Positions 30,506 to 45,991 of a DNA stretch of 64,000 bases are shown one piece after another. Location of the stretch: positions 2,752,001 to 2,816,000 of the forward strand of contig OZ245006.1 of NCBI GenBank assembly GCA_965223545.1. The letters run 5' to 3'. The DNA is from Planctomycetota bacterium. Lineage in GTDB: Bacteria > Planctomycetota > UBA1135 > UBA2386. Under the pieces are notes generated by a model that searched no databases, was not told where the DNA came from, and was given only the letters and a program-made list of their open reading frames with translations. How positions within the stretch are numbered: position 1 is the first letter of the stretch; each line of letters begins with the position of its first letter. A program made the position numbers and the translations under genes.

Positions 30506-31395
30506 TCAGCGCCGCTCGCGACGCTGGCGGCGCCGCTCGCCCCAGCAGCACGCGACTTCACAGCAGGCGTCTGCGCCACATGAGTCGGTCACGCAGCCCA
30601 CGTCGCAATCACCGGCTTCTGCCCAGCGCGTGCGAGCTGCGCATTGGCGTAGCCCGACGCCTCCTCCCGCCCCGCGCCGGCAGCGTCGAGCGCATTGAAG
30701 CGCCCGCGACGCCGGTCCGCATGCAAGTCCTCGATCGCGTCGAGGACATAGACGAAGCGGGCCAGCGCAGCCCCGCCGCGGCGGAGTTGCGCGCGAAGAT
30801 CGTTCCGATCACTGAGCTCGGCGGCGGCGGCGAACACCGCGCCCCCGAGTGCCGCGCTCGGTGCCGCTGCCCGCGTCAGACACGCGGCACGATCGACGGC
30901 CCGCGGCCGAGCGCGCAGCTGGCGCTCGACCCGGCGCTGCCGATCCGGCAAGGCGGCGAGAAAGCGGCGCACCTCCGCGAAGCGCGGCTTCGCCAGCCGA
31001 CCTCGTCCTCGAGCCAACGAACCGCGCAGCCCCCACAGCGCCACGTGGCGAGAGAGACGCCGCGTCCAGCCCTCGTCCTCGAGATCGTCGCGCAGCTTTG
31101 CTTCCACCGCCCCGAGGTTGGCGAGCGCCAACAACTCGGCGGCCGCGGCGGACAACGGCTGCACGCGGACACGCCGCAGCGGCACAGCCACGCACGGACG
31201 TGCCACGGGCGATGCCGGGTCAGCGAGTGCCGACAGCAGCAGGGCGAGCACCGTCTGGTCGTAGTTGACGGTGACGGCCGCCGTGCGCCCCGCCGCCGCA
31301 CGCAGCGCGTGGCAGGCGGCGCAAAAATGGGCGGAGTAGACCTCGCGTTGGCGGACATCCGCACAATCCCGCGCCAGTCGAAGTGCCCCGAACAT
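30506..31395 (-). pseudogene. DUF5685-like gene with a frameshifted Cys-rich tail
   Basis: MFG...YSAHFCAACHAL...NYD, KLRDDLEDEG, YVLDAIEDL..D...GRFN. Main frame stops at 30589; another frame gives GDCDVGCVTDSCGADACCEVACCW to a stop at 30506. Confidence 0.6.
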
Positions 31396-31456
31396 CGTCC
31401 CCCTCAGCCTACGGGCACGCCGCGCCGCGCACCACGATCGGCCGCACTCGCCCGCC

Positions 31457-34087
31457 CTACTGCGCTGCCGCGGCGCGCAGCTCGCGGGCACGGGACAAGT
31501 CGGGGCGCCGCGCCAGCACGCGATCCAGCAGGCGCACCGCCCGCGTCTTGTGACCGCGGCGCAGCTCGACCTCGGCGACGACGAGATCGGCCAGCGGCTC
31601 CGGTCCGCGCCGCTGCCAGCGCAGCCCCACTTCGTGCGCCAAGTCCAGGGCCTCGAGGCGCAGCGCCGCCTGCGCGGTCCACAGCAGCACCGACTCACGC
31701 AGCTCGTTCTGTTGCACGACTTGCTTCATCGCGGCCAGTGCCTCGCTCCGGTAGCGCTCTCGTTGGTTCGTGCGCGCCGCCGCGCCTTCCCACCGCAAGA
31801 GACGGGCCGACATCAGGTAGAGCGGCGCGGCGCGGGAGACCGACAGCATGCTCGGCAACTCCACCGACGCGGCGAAGTCCGCGCCCGCATCCGCCAGCGC
31901 GGCCTCTCGCTCCGGCCCGGCGCGCACCGCTGCCAACGCAAACCGGTACAGCCCGCGCAGAAACTGCCGGAAGCCATCCGGCTGGATCTCGAGCGAGTCG
32001 GTCAGGATCTCCTCGATGCGTTGCAGATCCTCCGGACCAACGGGCGCGCCCTCCGCGGGCGCGACGAAGCTGAGCAGCGCGGCCAGGGGTCGGTAGCTGC
32101 GCGCGAGCGCTGGGGGTAGCCGCACGGCAATCGCCTCGACGCCACCGCCGCCGCCCACGCCGGGCAGCACCCGCGTCGGCGACACGAGAAGCTGCCAGAC
32201 GAGCTCGGATGCCTCGAGCTCGGGAAAGCCCCCGACCGCGGCGCGGGTCAGCAGGGTGTCCTCGACGCCCGCTGCCACCGCGAGGTCAGCCGCCCAGCGA
32301 TCCAGAGCGGCGCCGCCGCTGCCCGGCAGCAGCGCCCGGGCGCGCTCCAGCAGTCGACTTGCCCGCACGAAGTCCCGCTGCAGACCGAGCGCCGCGACCT
32401 GCATCAACAGCGGATACGGATCGCCCGGATACATCGCCGCCATGCGCGCCGCCGCCTGCTGCGCGTCCCGCAACTCCCCCATGGAAACGAGCACCGGTGC
32501 GAGGCACTCGTGCGCGCGCCGATGGTAGGGCTGCAGCGCCAACGCCTGCTCGAGCAGCGTGCGCGTCGCGACCAAATCACTCGCCAGCAGCGCGCGGGCG
32601 TAGGCGGACTGCGCCGCGCTCAACCCACCGTGCAGCAGCGCCTGACGCACCGCCGCGAGGCCGGCCTCGGGGTTGTCATGCCGGTTGACTCCCAGGTCGC
32701 CACGCAGCAGCAGCACCTCCGCCTCGCGGTCGCCGAGGTCGCCGACACCCCACAGCGCATCCAACTCGGTCCGCGCCGCGCGCAGCTGGCCACACCCCTC
32801 CAGCGCCTCGATGATGCCGACCGTCACCCCGACCCGGTCGGCGTGCCCGGTCTGCGCGGCGCGCCGGTAGTCCACCAACGCCTGCCGCCAGTCACCGCGC
32901 TGGGCCAGCAGCTGTGCCGAGCGAAACCACGCCAAGGCGCTCGCCTCCTGGGCGACCCGGCGCTCTCGCTCGACCGCGCGGTTGACACCGAACTGCCAGG
33001 CCGCGAGCAGCGACGCCAGCGCGAACAGCGCCAGTGCAACGCTCAAGCCGGTCAGCAGCGCGTTCCTCCGCACCCACCGCGCCGCCCGCATCAACGGACC
33101 GGCGGCGCGGGCACGGACTGTTCGAAACCCGAGGAACCGCTCCAAGTCCTCGGCAAACGCCTGCGCCGTCTGATAGCGACGTGCCGGATCCGCCTCCATC
33201 GCCGTCATGCAGACGGTCTCCAGGTCGCGCGGCACGGCGCGGTTGACCCGCCGCGGCGAGCGCGGCTCGCCGTTCGCGACTTGCCGCAGGATCTCGTGCG
33301 GGGTGTCACCGCTGTAGGGGACCGCCGCGGTGAGCATCTCGTACAACGTCGCTCCGAGCGCGTAGACGTCGCTGCGCTCATCCACCGTGGCGATGCCATG
33401 CCGCGCCTGCTCCGGCGACACGTAGTGGGGCGTGCCGACGAACTCCCCGGTGTGAGTCAGCCCGAGCTCCGCATCCACCTTGGCCAGACCGAAGTCGAAG
33501 AGAAGTGCACGCCCATCGTCGGCCACCATGACGTTGCTCGGCTTGACGTCGCGGTGGACGACACCGTGCGCGTGCGCATGCTGCAGCCCGCGCGCGACCT
33601 GCAACGCCAGTCGACAAACTGCGCCGACGTACGACGTCGGCCAGGCAGCATCGAAGCCGGCGCCGCTCGGCGCCTCCACCAACTGCGTCGCCGACCATTG
33701 CGAGGGGGCGGTGCCGGTGCTGCGCACCCGCTCGAGCCTGCGGTGCAACGTCTCGCCCGACACCAGCTCCATCGTGAAGTACGGACACCCTTCCGCTTCG
33801 CCGACCTCGAACACCGGCACGATGTTGGGGTGTTGCAGCCGCGCCACGGCGCGCACCTCGCGCTCGAACCGGGCAAACGCCCGCTCGCTGGCCTGCAGCC
33901 GCTGCGCGAGCACCTTGAGCGCGACCCGCCGGCCGAGCCCGGCGTCTTCCGCTTCGTAGACGACACCCATGCCGCCGCGCCCGATCTCCCGCACGATCCG
34001 ATAGCCCCCGACCGCGCTCGGCAAGGCACCCGACCGGTCGGCCGGTGGGTCTGCGTCGTCAGGGTGAGTCGGAGGGAGCGGGCTCAT
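31457..34087 (-). CDS. Hanks-type Ser/Thr protein kinase with TM helix and TPR-like C-terminus
   Basis: IGRGGMGVVY, VALKVL, HRDVKPSNV, DFGLAK, GTPHYVSPEQ, SDVYALG. Confidence 0.93.
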   Translation of the reverse strand: MSPLPPTHPDDADPPADRSGALPSAVGGYRIVREIGRGGMGVVYEAEDAGLGRRVALKVLAQRLQASERAFARFEREVRAVARLQHPNIVPVFEVGEAEGCPYFTMELVSGETLHRRLERVRSTGTAPSQWSATQLVEAPSGAGFDAAWPTSYVGAVCRLALQVARGLQHAHAHGVVHRDVKPSNVMVADDGRALLFDFGLAKVDAELGLTHTGEFVGTPHYVSPEQARHGIATVDERSDVYALGATLYEMLTAAVPYSGDTPHEILRQVANGEPRSPRRVNRAVPRDLETVCMTAMEADPARRYQTAQAFAEDLERFLGFRTVRARAAGPLMRAARWVRRNALLTGLSVALALFALASLLAAWQFGVNRAVERERRVAQEASALAWFRSAQLLAQRGDWRQALVDYRRAAQTGHADRVGVTVGIIEALEGCGQLRAARTELDALWGVGDLGDREAEVLLLRGDLGVNRHDNPEAGLAAVRQALLHGGLSAAQSAYARALLASDLVATRTLLEQALALQPYHRRAHECLAPVLVSMGELRDAQQAAARMAAMYPGDPYPLLMQVAALGLQRDFVRASRLLERARALLPGSGGAALDRWAADLAVAAGVEDTLLTRAAVGGFPELEASELVWQLLVSPTRVLPGVGGGGGVEAIAVRLPPALARSYRPLAALLSFVAPAEGAPVGPEDLQRIEEILTDSLEIQPDGFRQFLRGLYRFALAAVRAGPEREAALADAGADFAASVELPSMLSVSRAAPLYLMSARLLRWEGAAARTNQRERYRSEALAAMKQVVQQNELRESVLLWTAQAALRLEALDLAHEVGLRWQRRGPEPLADLVVAEVELRRGHKTRAVRLLDRVLARRPDLSRARELRAAAAQ

Positions 34088-34170
34088 CAACCGGGCTCGA
34101 CCATTAAATGCGATCGGGCGAGCCCATGTGGCTCGCCCGAACGGCCAGCGCGTTGCTGTGTAGAAGAATG

Positions 34171-34279
34171 AGCCCGGCACGAACCTACTTTCGCCTTTCG
34201 ACTATCATCGGCCCAGGCTGCTTGACGACCGAGTTCGGGATGGGATCGGGTATTTCCAGCCAGGTATGGGCACCGGGCA
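34171..34279 (-). rRNA. rrf: 5S rRNA (short, ~109 nt)
   Basis: CCCGATCCCATCCCGAACTCGG core on the minus strand; terminal stem GCCCGGTGC / GTGCCGGGC. Confidence 0.93.
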
Positions 34280-34407
34280 ATACGCATGCGTTCTCCGGTG
34301 GACGCGTGATAAGCGTCGTGCGCCGGAGAAGACGCATAGGGTGTGAGGAACGTCGCGAAGGCGGCGCTTTGCGCCGTCTTCGATCGAGAAGACCAAGGTG
34401 AGAATGT

Positions 34408-37363
<2,956 letters not shown>

Positions 37364-37414
37364 TATATCCTCACGCGAGATCCTCTTGATCTCGACGATT
37401 CCTCACACCCTACT

Positions 37415-37425
37415 TGTCAAAGAGC
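37415..37425 (-). promoter_or_regulatory. rrn boxA-like antitermination element (spacer before 23S)
   Basis: GCTCTTTGACA on the minus strand, identical to the leader copy. Confidence 0.7.
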
Positions 37426-37509
37426 TTCGTAACTGCTTTGGCGCCCGCGGGCTCGTCGGCCGAAATTCGACCGGGCTCGACCGCCGGACGAGGCTCGTGG
37501 CGTCGAGAC

Positions 37510-37585
37510 TGGTGGAGACGATGGGACTCGAACCCACGACCTCCTGGTTGCAAACCAGGTGCTCTACCAGTTGAGCTACGTCCCC
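37510..37585 (-). tRNA. tRNA-Ala(TGC)
   Basis: 76-nt cloverleaf, anticodon TGC, encoded CCA, in the 16S-23S spacer. Confidence 0.96.
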
Positions 37586-37609
37586 GACGCGCGGTAGGCC
37601 CCCCAGAAG

Positions 37610-37686
37610 TGGTAGGCCTAGGTGGATTCGAACCACCGACCTTACGCTTATCAGGCGTACGCTCTAACCAACTGAGCTATAGGCCT
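37610..37686 (-). tRNA. tRNA-Ile(GAT)
   Basis: 77-nt cloverleaf, anticodon GAT, encoded CCA. Confidence 0.96.
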
Positions 37687-37877
37687 ACGGTCGGGCGCCA
37701 CCCCGCGCCGAACCGATGATGGCCGACGCGAGGCAGAAGAAGATTGGATAGCCCCGAGGTCGCGTGTGCCCTGTGCTTCTCGGCACGTGCAGGCGACCCG
37801 GCTGCCACTCGGCGCGCAGCCCTCTTGCGAGGGTCACGAACCGTGCTTGAGCCGGCGCTGGACGCGCCGGTTTCCTT

Positions 37878-39439
<1,562 letters not shown>

Positions 39440-39665
39440 AGAAGTTCTGATCGGGATTCCGCAAGAGACAGCAGCACGACGAACGCACCGCTGCGCGAAC
39501 CGCACCCGCAGGCACGGCGTCTCACGATCCCATTTTCTTGGTCGCCAAAACCACTCCGCCAACCGCGACACCGCCACTCCCCGGCCGGAACCGGAACGCG
39601 GCAACGACGCAGCGGCAAAGGCCTTGGACGCTTTTGCTCACACGCTGTTTCGAGGCTATCCAGAA

Positions 39666-39676
39666 TGTCAAAGAGC
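39666..39676 (-). promoter_or_regulatory. rrn leader boxA-like element
   Basis: GCTCTTTGACA on the minus strand upstream of 16S. Confidence 0.7.
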
Positions 39677-39820
39677 CGGCCGTTGCCTCTCGACCCACCG
39701 CGCGAACGACACACTCGGGGCGCCGTCAGCGGAGGGAGGGTGGGAGGGTCGGGCGTCGCGCTTGCCGCCCGAGCCGCCGTCCGTGGGGACGAGCGAGCTC
39801 TCGACGAGCGAGGGCGGGGA

Positions 39821-39849
39821 AGGGTAGCCACGCCCCCGGGCGTTGAAAA
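39821..39849 (-). promoter_or_regulatory. Possible sigma70 promoter of the rrn operon
   Basis: TTTTCA-17 nt-TACCCT on the minus strand; weak consensus match. Confidence 0.35.
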
Positions 39850-40029
39850 GCCCGTGGTGGCAAAATTTTGGCGGCGCCCGCCGCCGCGGCGGCACGCGGC
39901 CAGGGGGGCCCTGAGCGCGTCAACATCGAGGCCGTAGGGCACTCCGGCCGGCGAAGCCCCGTCGACCACCCGCGCCGCCTGCGTGCTCGCCTCGGCCGCA
40001 CCCCTGCCGTACAACCTGCGGGCCTCTCC

Positions 40030-41069
<1,040 letters not shown>

Positions 41070-41073
<4 letters not shown>

Positions 41074-42023
41074 GCCAGACGTTCGATCTGCGTGGCAAGC
41101 GCGTCCTCGTCACCGGCGGCGCCGGCTTCTTGGGCCGCGCCGTGTGCGAGCGCATCGCAAGCCGTCAGCCGGACGAGCTGATCGTGCCGCGGCGCGCGGA
41201 CTACGACTTGACCGTCGAGGCCGAGGTCGAGCGGCTGTACCGCGAATGGCGACCGGAGGTCGTGCTCCACCTCGCGGCGGAGGTGGGCGGCATCGGCGCG
41301 AACATGGCGAATGGCGGCCGCTACTTCTTCGCCAACATGGCCATGGGCCTGCACCTGATCGAGCACGCCCGGCGCGCCGGCCTGGAGAAGTTCGTTCAGG
41401 TCGGCACCATCTGCGCGTATCCCAAGCACACCGAGGTGCCGTTCCGCGAAGAGCACCTGTGGGACGGCTACCCCGAGGAGACCAACGCGCCGTATGGCGT
41501 GGCGAAGAAGGCGCTGCTGGTGATGCTGCAGGCCTATCGCGAGCAGTACGGGTTCCCGGGCATCTATCTGCTGCCGGTCAATCTGTACGGGCCGCACGAC
41601 AACTTCGACCTGGAGACCAGCCACGTCATCCCCGCGTTGATCCGAAAGTTCACCGCCGCGGTGCGCGATGGCCTCGACTCGGTCGAGGTCTGGGGCACCG
41701 GCAAGGTCTCCCGCGAGTTCCTCTACGTCGACGACTGCGCCGAGGGGATCGTGCTCGCCACCGAGCGCTACGACGACGGTGACCCCGTGAACCTGGGTAC
41801 CGGAACCGAGATCACGATCGGCGACCTGGCCGCCGAGATCGCCCGCGCGACCGGTTTCACCGGCGAGCTGCGCTTCAACACCTCGCGGCCAGACGGCCAA
41901 CCCCGCCGCTGCTTGGACACCACGCGCGCGGCAGAGCGCTTCGGCTTCCGCGCCCGCGTCGGGTTCGAAGAGGGCTTGCGGCAGACCATCGACTGGTGGC
42001 AGGCGCAGCCGTCGGCAGACTGA
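41070..42023 (+). CDS. fcl: GDP-L-fucose synthase family epimerase/reductase
   Basis: [54 protein letters not shown]. Confidence 0.93.
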
Positions 42024-43633
42024 CTCGGCACGGCGCCGTGCTGTCGGCGATCTGCGCCGTCTACGCGGCGGTGTTCTGCCTTGGGTTCAGCTGGTCCGAG
42101 ACACCGTTCTATCCCCGCTTCTTCGACCAAGTCAGCTATCGTGTCGAGGTCGCCGCGGTCGCCGACGCGATCGCCGACCGCGGCCCCGGCGCGGCTCTGG
42201 GCGCCGCTTTCGAGCACGCGACGGCGCAGGGCATCGGCTACCCGTTGCTCGGCGGGATCGCCTTGGCCCTCGGGTTCGATCCGGTGCACGCGATGATGGC
42301 GCTGTTCCTCGGCTGCCTGACGACGATCTTCTTCGCACTGTCGACCGCGGGCGGTGGGGCGTGGGCGGGGTGGATGGGCATCGCTCTGCTGACTTCCGCA
42401 ACGAGCCTGCTCAACCCGGTCGGCTCGCTGCGCGATTTCCGCCCCGACCTCGCCGGCCAACTGCTGTGGGCGACAGCCACGGCACTCCTGCTCGCCTCGG
42501 ACGCCGGTCGGCGGCGATGGCCGTGCGCGCTGCTCGGTGCCGTCCTCGGCATCGCGTTCTGCACGCGTTCGCTGACCCTGTTCTACGCGATCGCGGCCAC
42601 GCCGCTCTGCCTCGCCGCGGCCTGGGTGCGGCACGCCCGAGGCCGCGGGCGGCGGTTGACCAACCTGGCGCTCACCGCTGCCATCGCCCTGCTGATCGGC
42701 GGGCCGTTCTTCGTCGCCCACCACGATCTGATCTACGACTACTACATCGCCAACCACCTGTCCGCCGCCGAGAACACCGCCCGCGGTTTCGGCTACGCCA
42801 ACCCGGCAACGCAGCTGGTCTGGTACGCATCGAGCTTGCGCAAGAACCACATCGGCTACGCGGCGCTGGCCATCGGCGTCACCGCCGGCGTCCTTCTGCT
42901 GCGATCGGGAGCGCGGTTGCGCCGCCGCGACGTCTGGTCACCGCTGCTCCTGACCATCGCCGGGCTGGCGCCACTCGCTGTGCTCGCCCTCGGTCCGCAG
43001 CGCAGCAGCACGGTCAGCGGCGTCGCCCTGGGGCCGGCGATGATGCTGGCGCTGCTCGCCGGCTTCGCCGCGCCGCGCATGCAGGCTCCGAAACCGCGGC
43101 TGTGGTACGCCTTGGTCGCGCTCGGGCTGGCGCTCTGGCCGGTGCGGTTCCTGCTGCGCACGGCCGACGACGCGCGATCCCGGCAGGCGGCGGGGCACCA
43201 TCGCGTGGTGGCGCAGCACCGCGCGATCCTGCGGCACACGCGCGGACGGCAGCACGTCTGGCTGTCGACGCTGCCGCTGATCGAAGCGCACTCGCGCAAC
43301 ATGCTCGAGGTGCAGGGCGCTCGGCTCGAGGGCCGGCTCCCGCGGCGCTTCTTCGACAACGGCCTCGGGCACTCGATCTACGCGTGTGCCTCGGCGGCGG
43401 AGTTCGAAGCCAAGCTCCGGCAGAGCGATGTCGTCCTGTGGTGGGACGGCCGGGCGTCGGGCGGCGACTCCCTGCCCGCCAACCGCGAAGTCGTCGAGCG
43501 ACGGACCATCATCGCTCGCATTCTGGCAGACGAGTTCGAACCAGCGCCGGGCGCGGCCGGTGAGATCCTGCTCGAGGGCGCGCCGCTGCGCCTCTACTTC
43601 CGCGCCCCCGCGCGCCGACCGACACCGCGCTGA
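41996..43633 (+). CDS. Polytopic membrane protein, possible GT-C glycosyltransferase
   Basis: ~10 hydrophobic segments, DQ..Y and DFRPD loop motifs; downstream of fcl; start uncertain. Confidence 0.55.
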   Translation: MAGAAVGRLTRHGAVLSAICAVYAAVFCLGFSWSETPFYPRFFDQVSYRVEVAAVADAIADRGPGAALGAAFEHATAQGIGYPLLGGIALALGFDPVHAMMALFLGCLTTIFFALSTAGGGAWAGWMGIALLTSATSLLNPVGSLRDFRPDLAGQLLWATATALLLASDAGRRRWPCALLGAVLGIAFCTRSLTLFYAIAATPLCLAAAWVRHARGRGRRLTNLALTAAIALLIGGPFFVAHHDLIYDYYIANHLSAAENTARGFGYANPATQLVWYASSLRKNHIGYAALAIGVTAGVLLLRSGARLRRRDVWSPLLLTIAGLAPLAVLALGPQRSSTVSGVALGPAMMLALLAGFAAPRMQAPKPRLWYALVALGLALWPVRFLLRTADDARSRQAAGHHRVVAQHRAILRHTRGRQHVWLSTLPLIEAHSRNMLEVQGARLEGRLPRRFFDNGLGHSIYACASAAEFEAKLRQSDVVLWWDGRASGGDSLPANREVVERRTIIARILADEFEPAPGAAGEILLEGAPLRLYFRAPARRPTPR

Positions 43634-43654
43634 TCGAGCTCGCGGATCACGCGG

Positions 43655-45049
43655 TCAGTGGCCGAGGCGCAGCTCGACGCCGAACGACGCCAGCCCACCG
43701 CCGATCGACGCGAGGCCGGCCGCGGCCGGATCGCGCGCCACCCACTGCAGGTAGACCGACGCTCCAGCCAGCACCGGCAAGTTCGGCACCGCGACCACCA
43801 GCTGCGCATCGCCGGCCGAGTTGGCGGTCCGCTGGGCGGCGATCAGAAGCCCTGCCGGATCCACCCACAGCGTGCAGCCCTCGAACGCGATCCCGGCCGG
43901 CGCGGCCGACAACAGACCGACCACCGGCTGCCCCGCGACCGCGTTGCGAACGCGCAGCGCGAGGCGCGCGACCCCCAATCGCGGCAGCTCGTCGACACGC
44001 AGGTCGAGCGGACCTCGGCTCCCGATACAGCAGTCGCCGTACGGCAGCACCGCCGCGGCACCGGGATCGCTGCCGCCGCCACCGTAGTACGGCGCCGCGA
44101 ACGGGCTGGCGCGGAAGTGCGCATCCAACATCTCGGCGACCTTTCGCTCGCCGTTCAAGTTCGGGTGCGTGCCGTCGCCGCGGAATTCGCAACACGTCCA
44201 GGTCAGACCGTCTCCGCGCGGGGTGGTCCCATCCGCCCACGGATACGGCCCCCACGCGAGCCAGGGCGCCATCCCGCGCCCTGGGCGCGGATCGAAGGCG
44301 AGGCCGGGATCGCCGCCAATCTGCTGCTCGATCAGGCCGCGCACCGCGAAGCCGGACTCGTAGGCATGCGGCTCGGGATTGAGGTGCGAGTTGGCGTATC
44401 CGGCATAGGTCCGGCTCGAGACGAACGCGATCTGACACCGCGGAAAAACCGCTGAGATGTTGCGCGCGATCGACTCGAGGTAGCCCTGCAGCTCCGCGGC
44501 ATTGGCTGGAAACGTCGTGGTCGGGTTGGGCACGGCCTGCTTCAACCAAACCACCTGCACTTGGGCGGCGGTCAAGCCCGCCTGAGCCAAGCGCTGCAAC
44601 GCGACGGTCCAGTACACCGACCCGGGATTCGCGAGCTCCGGGGCCCCCCTGCCCGGCTGCGCCAGGTCGATCACCCGCACCGCGGGAAGGCGCAGCGGAT
44701 CGGCATCGCTGATCCGTTTCCACGCCGAGAACTCCTGCGACGCGTTCGACATGCCGATCGACGCGATCACGATGCGACCGTTGGCACTGGGCTGTCCCGT
44801 GCCATCGACCGGCTGGACCGCCGCCACCGCCGTCTGCCCGAGGATAGCGTGCGCCGGCGGCATCGCGTTGGAGCCGCCGCGGTACAACCCACCCAAGAAC
44901 CCGCGGTACGTCCCGATGCCGAGGTCGACGAGCGGGATCGCGCCGGTCGAGCTCGGCGCGCACGCCTGCGCCGGGAGCCAGGACATCACCGCGCACGAAA
45001 CCAGCAGGGGGATGACCCGACCGCGGCACACCAGGGGGACGAAGCGCAT
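43655..45049 (-). CDS. Secreted hydrolase-like (SGNH-like) protein with the shared C-terminal domain
   Basis: Signal ending PAQA; SIGMSN and DGTHP (DxxHP) motifs; C-terminus LPRLG...VAVPNLPVLAGASVYLQWVARDP. Confidence 0.65.
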   Translation of the reverse strand: MRFVPLVCRGRVIPLLVSCAVMSWLPAQACAPSSTGAIPLVDLGIGTYRGFLGGLYRGGSNAMPPAHAILGQTAVAAVQPVDGTGQPSANGRIVIASIGMSNASQEFSAWKRISDADPLRLPAVRVIDLAQPGRGAPELANPGSVYWTVALQRLAQAGLTAAQVQVVWLKQAVPNPTTTFPANAAELQGYLESIARNISAVFPRCQIAFVSSRTYAGYANSHLNPEPHAYESGFAVRGLIEQQIGGDPGLAFDPRPGRGMAPWLAWGPYPWADGTTPRGDGLTWTCCEFRGDGTHPNLNGERKVAEMLDAHFRASPFAAPYYGGGGSDPGAAAVLPYGDCCIGSRGPLDLRVDELPRLGVARLALRVRNAVAGQPVVGLLSAAPAGIAFEGCTLWVDPAGLLIAAQRTANSAGDAQLVVAVPNLPVLAGASVYLQWVARDPAAAGLASIGGGLASFGVELRLGH

Positions 45050-45105
45050 GCTGTTCCTACTCTTCCGCAAACCGCCGGATCCGCAATTCGGGTCGATCCT
45101 AGCAC

Positions 45106-45987
45106 CTAGTGGGTCTGCGGCCGCTCGGACGCCAGCTGGCGCGCGATCAGGGCCGCGACGCCGCGCTGCACCGGCCACGTCACGCGCGGGAGCCAGCGTC
45201 CGCGCAGGGCCTGCGCATCTTCCTCACTGCTCGCACCGAAGACGCCGGGCCAGCGCTTGCGCAGCGTGTCGAGGCCGTAGATCCAGGCGGCCGGACACCG
45301 CCGGTGCGTGGCGTGGCGCGCCATCACGCGACGCAGCTCGGCGAAGCGCCGCCACCCGCCGGACGCGGTCTTCGCGCGGGCGTGCTCGCGCGCCGCCGCT
45401 TGCAGCGCGTCGACGAACACCACCGGCCAGCGCGCCGAAAGCCGCAACCACAAGTCCCAGTCCATCGCCCAGTGCAGCGAGGGATCGACACCCCCCGCGG
45501 CGAGAACGCACCGGCGACGCATCAGCGTCGTCGGTTGCAGGATGTAGTTCTCGACGTGGGCCAGGCGCCAGCGATCGAACGGCCGCGTCGCCGAGAACGC
45601 ACCGAGGCTCCGACCGGCCGCGTCCATGCGCTCGCCGTGGCCGTAGCAGAACGCCGCATCCGGACTTCGCCGCAGCGCGTCGACCGCGCGGCGCAGCATG
45701 CCCGGTGCCCAGACGTCGTCGGCGTTGAGCCAGGCGACGAACTCCGAACGGACGCCGCGAAAGCAGCGGTCGATCGCCGCCGCCTGTCCACCATCCGGCC
45801 CACTCTCCCACGTCAACCGATCGCCAAACGACCGCAGCACGGCCAGGCTCTCGTCACGCGAGCCGCCATCGGCGATGTGCAGCGCGAGCGATACGCCGGC
45901 CTGCGCGAGCACCGAGTCGATGGCCTCGCGCAGAAACCGCCCCTGGTTCAAGTTGGGCACGACCACCGTCACTGCTGGGCTCCCCAT
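45106..45987 (-). CDS. GT2 glycosyltransferase
   Basis: VVVPNLNQG, DGGSRD, WLNADD, MDWDLWLR. Confidence 0.9.
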   Translation of the reverse strand: MGSPAVTVVVPNLNQGRFLREAIDSVLAQAGVSLALHIADGGSRDESLAVLRSFGDRLTWESGPDGGQAAAIDRCFRGVRSEFVAWLNADDVWAPGMLRRAVDALRRSPDAAFCYGHGERMDAAGRSLGAFSATRPFDRWRLAHVENYILQPTTLMRRRCVLAAGGVDPSLHWAMDWDLWLRLSARWPVVFVDALQAAAREHARAKTASGGWRRFAELRRVMARHATHRRCPAAWIYGLDTLRKRWPGVFGASSEEDAQALRGRWLPRVTWPVQRGVAALIARQLASERPQTH

Positions 45988-45991
45988 GGTG

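Noticed and set aside
30587..30592. TGA ending the DUF5685-like main frame as a second Sec codon
   Set aside because: Not in a redox motif; the in-frame continuation is uninformative and the Cys-rich tail is in another frame
34286..34338. Hairpin between 23S and 5S as a separate ncRNA
   Set aside because: Adequately explained as rrn spacer/processing structure
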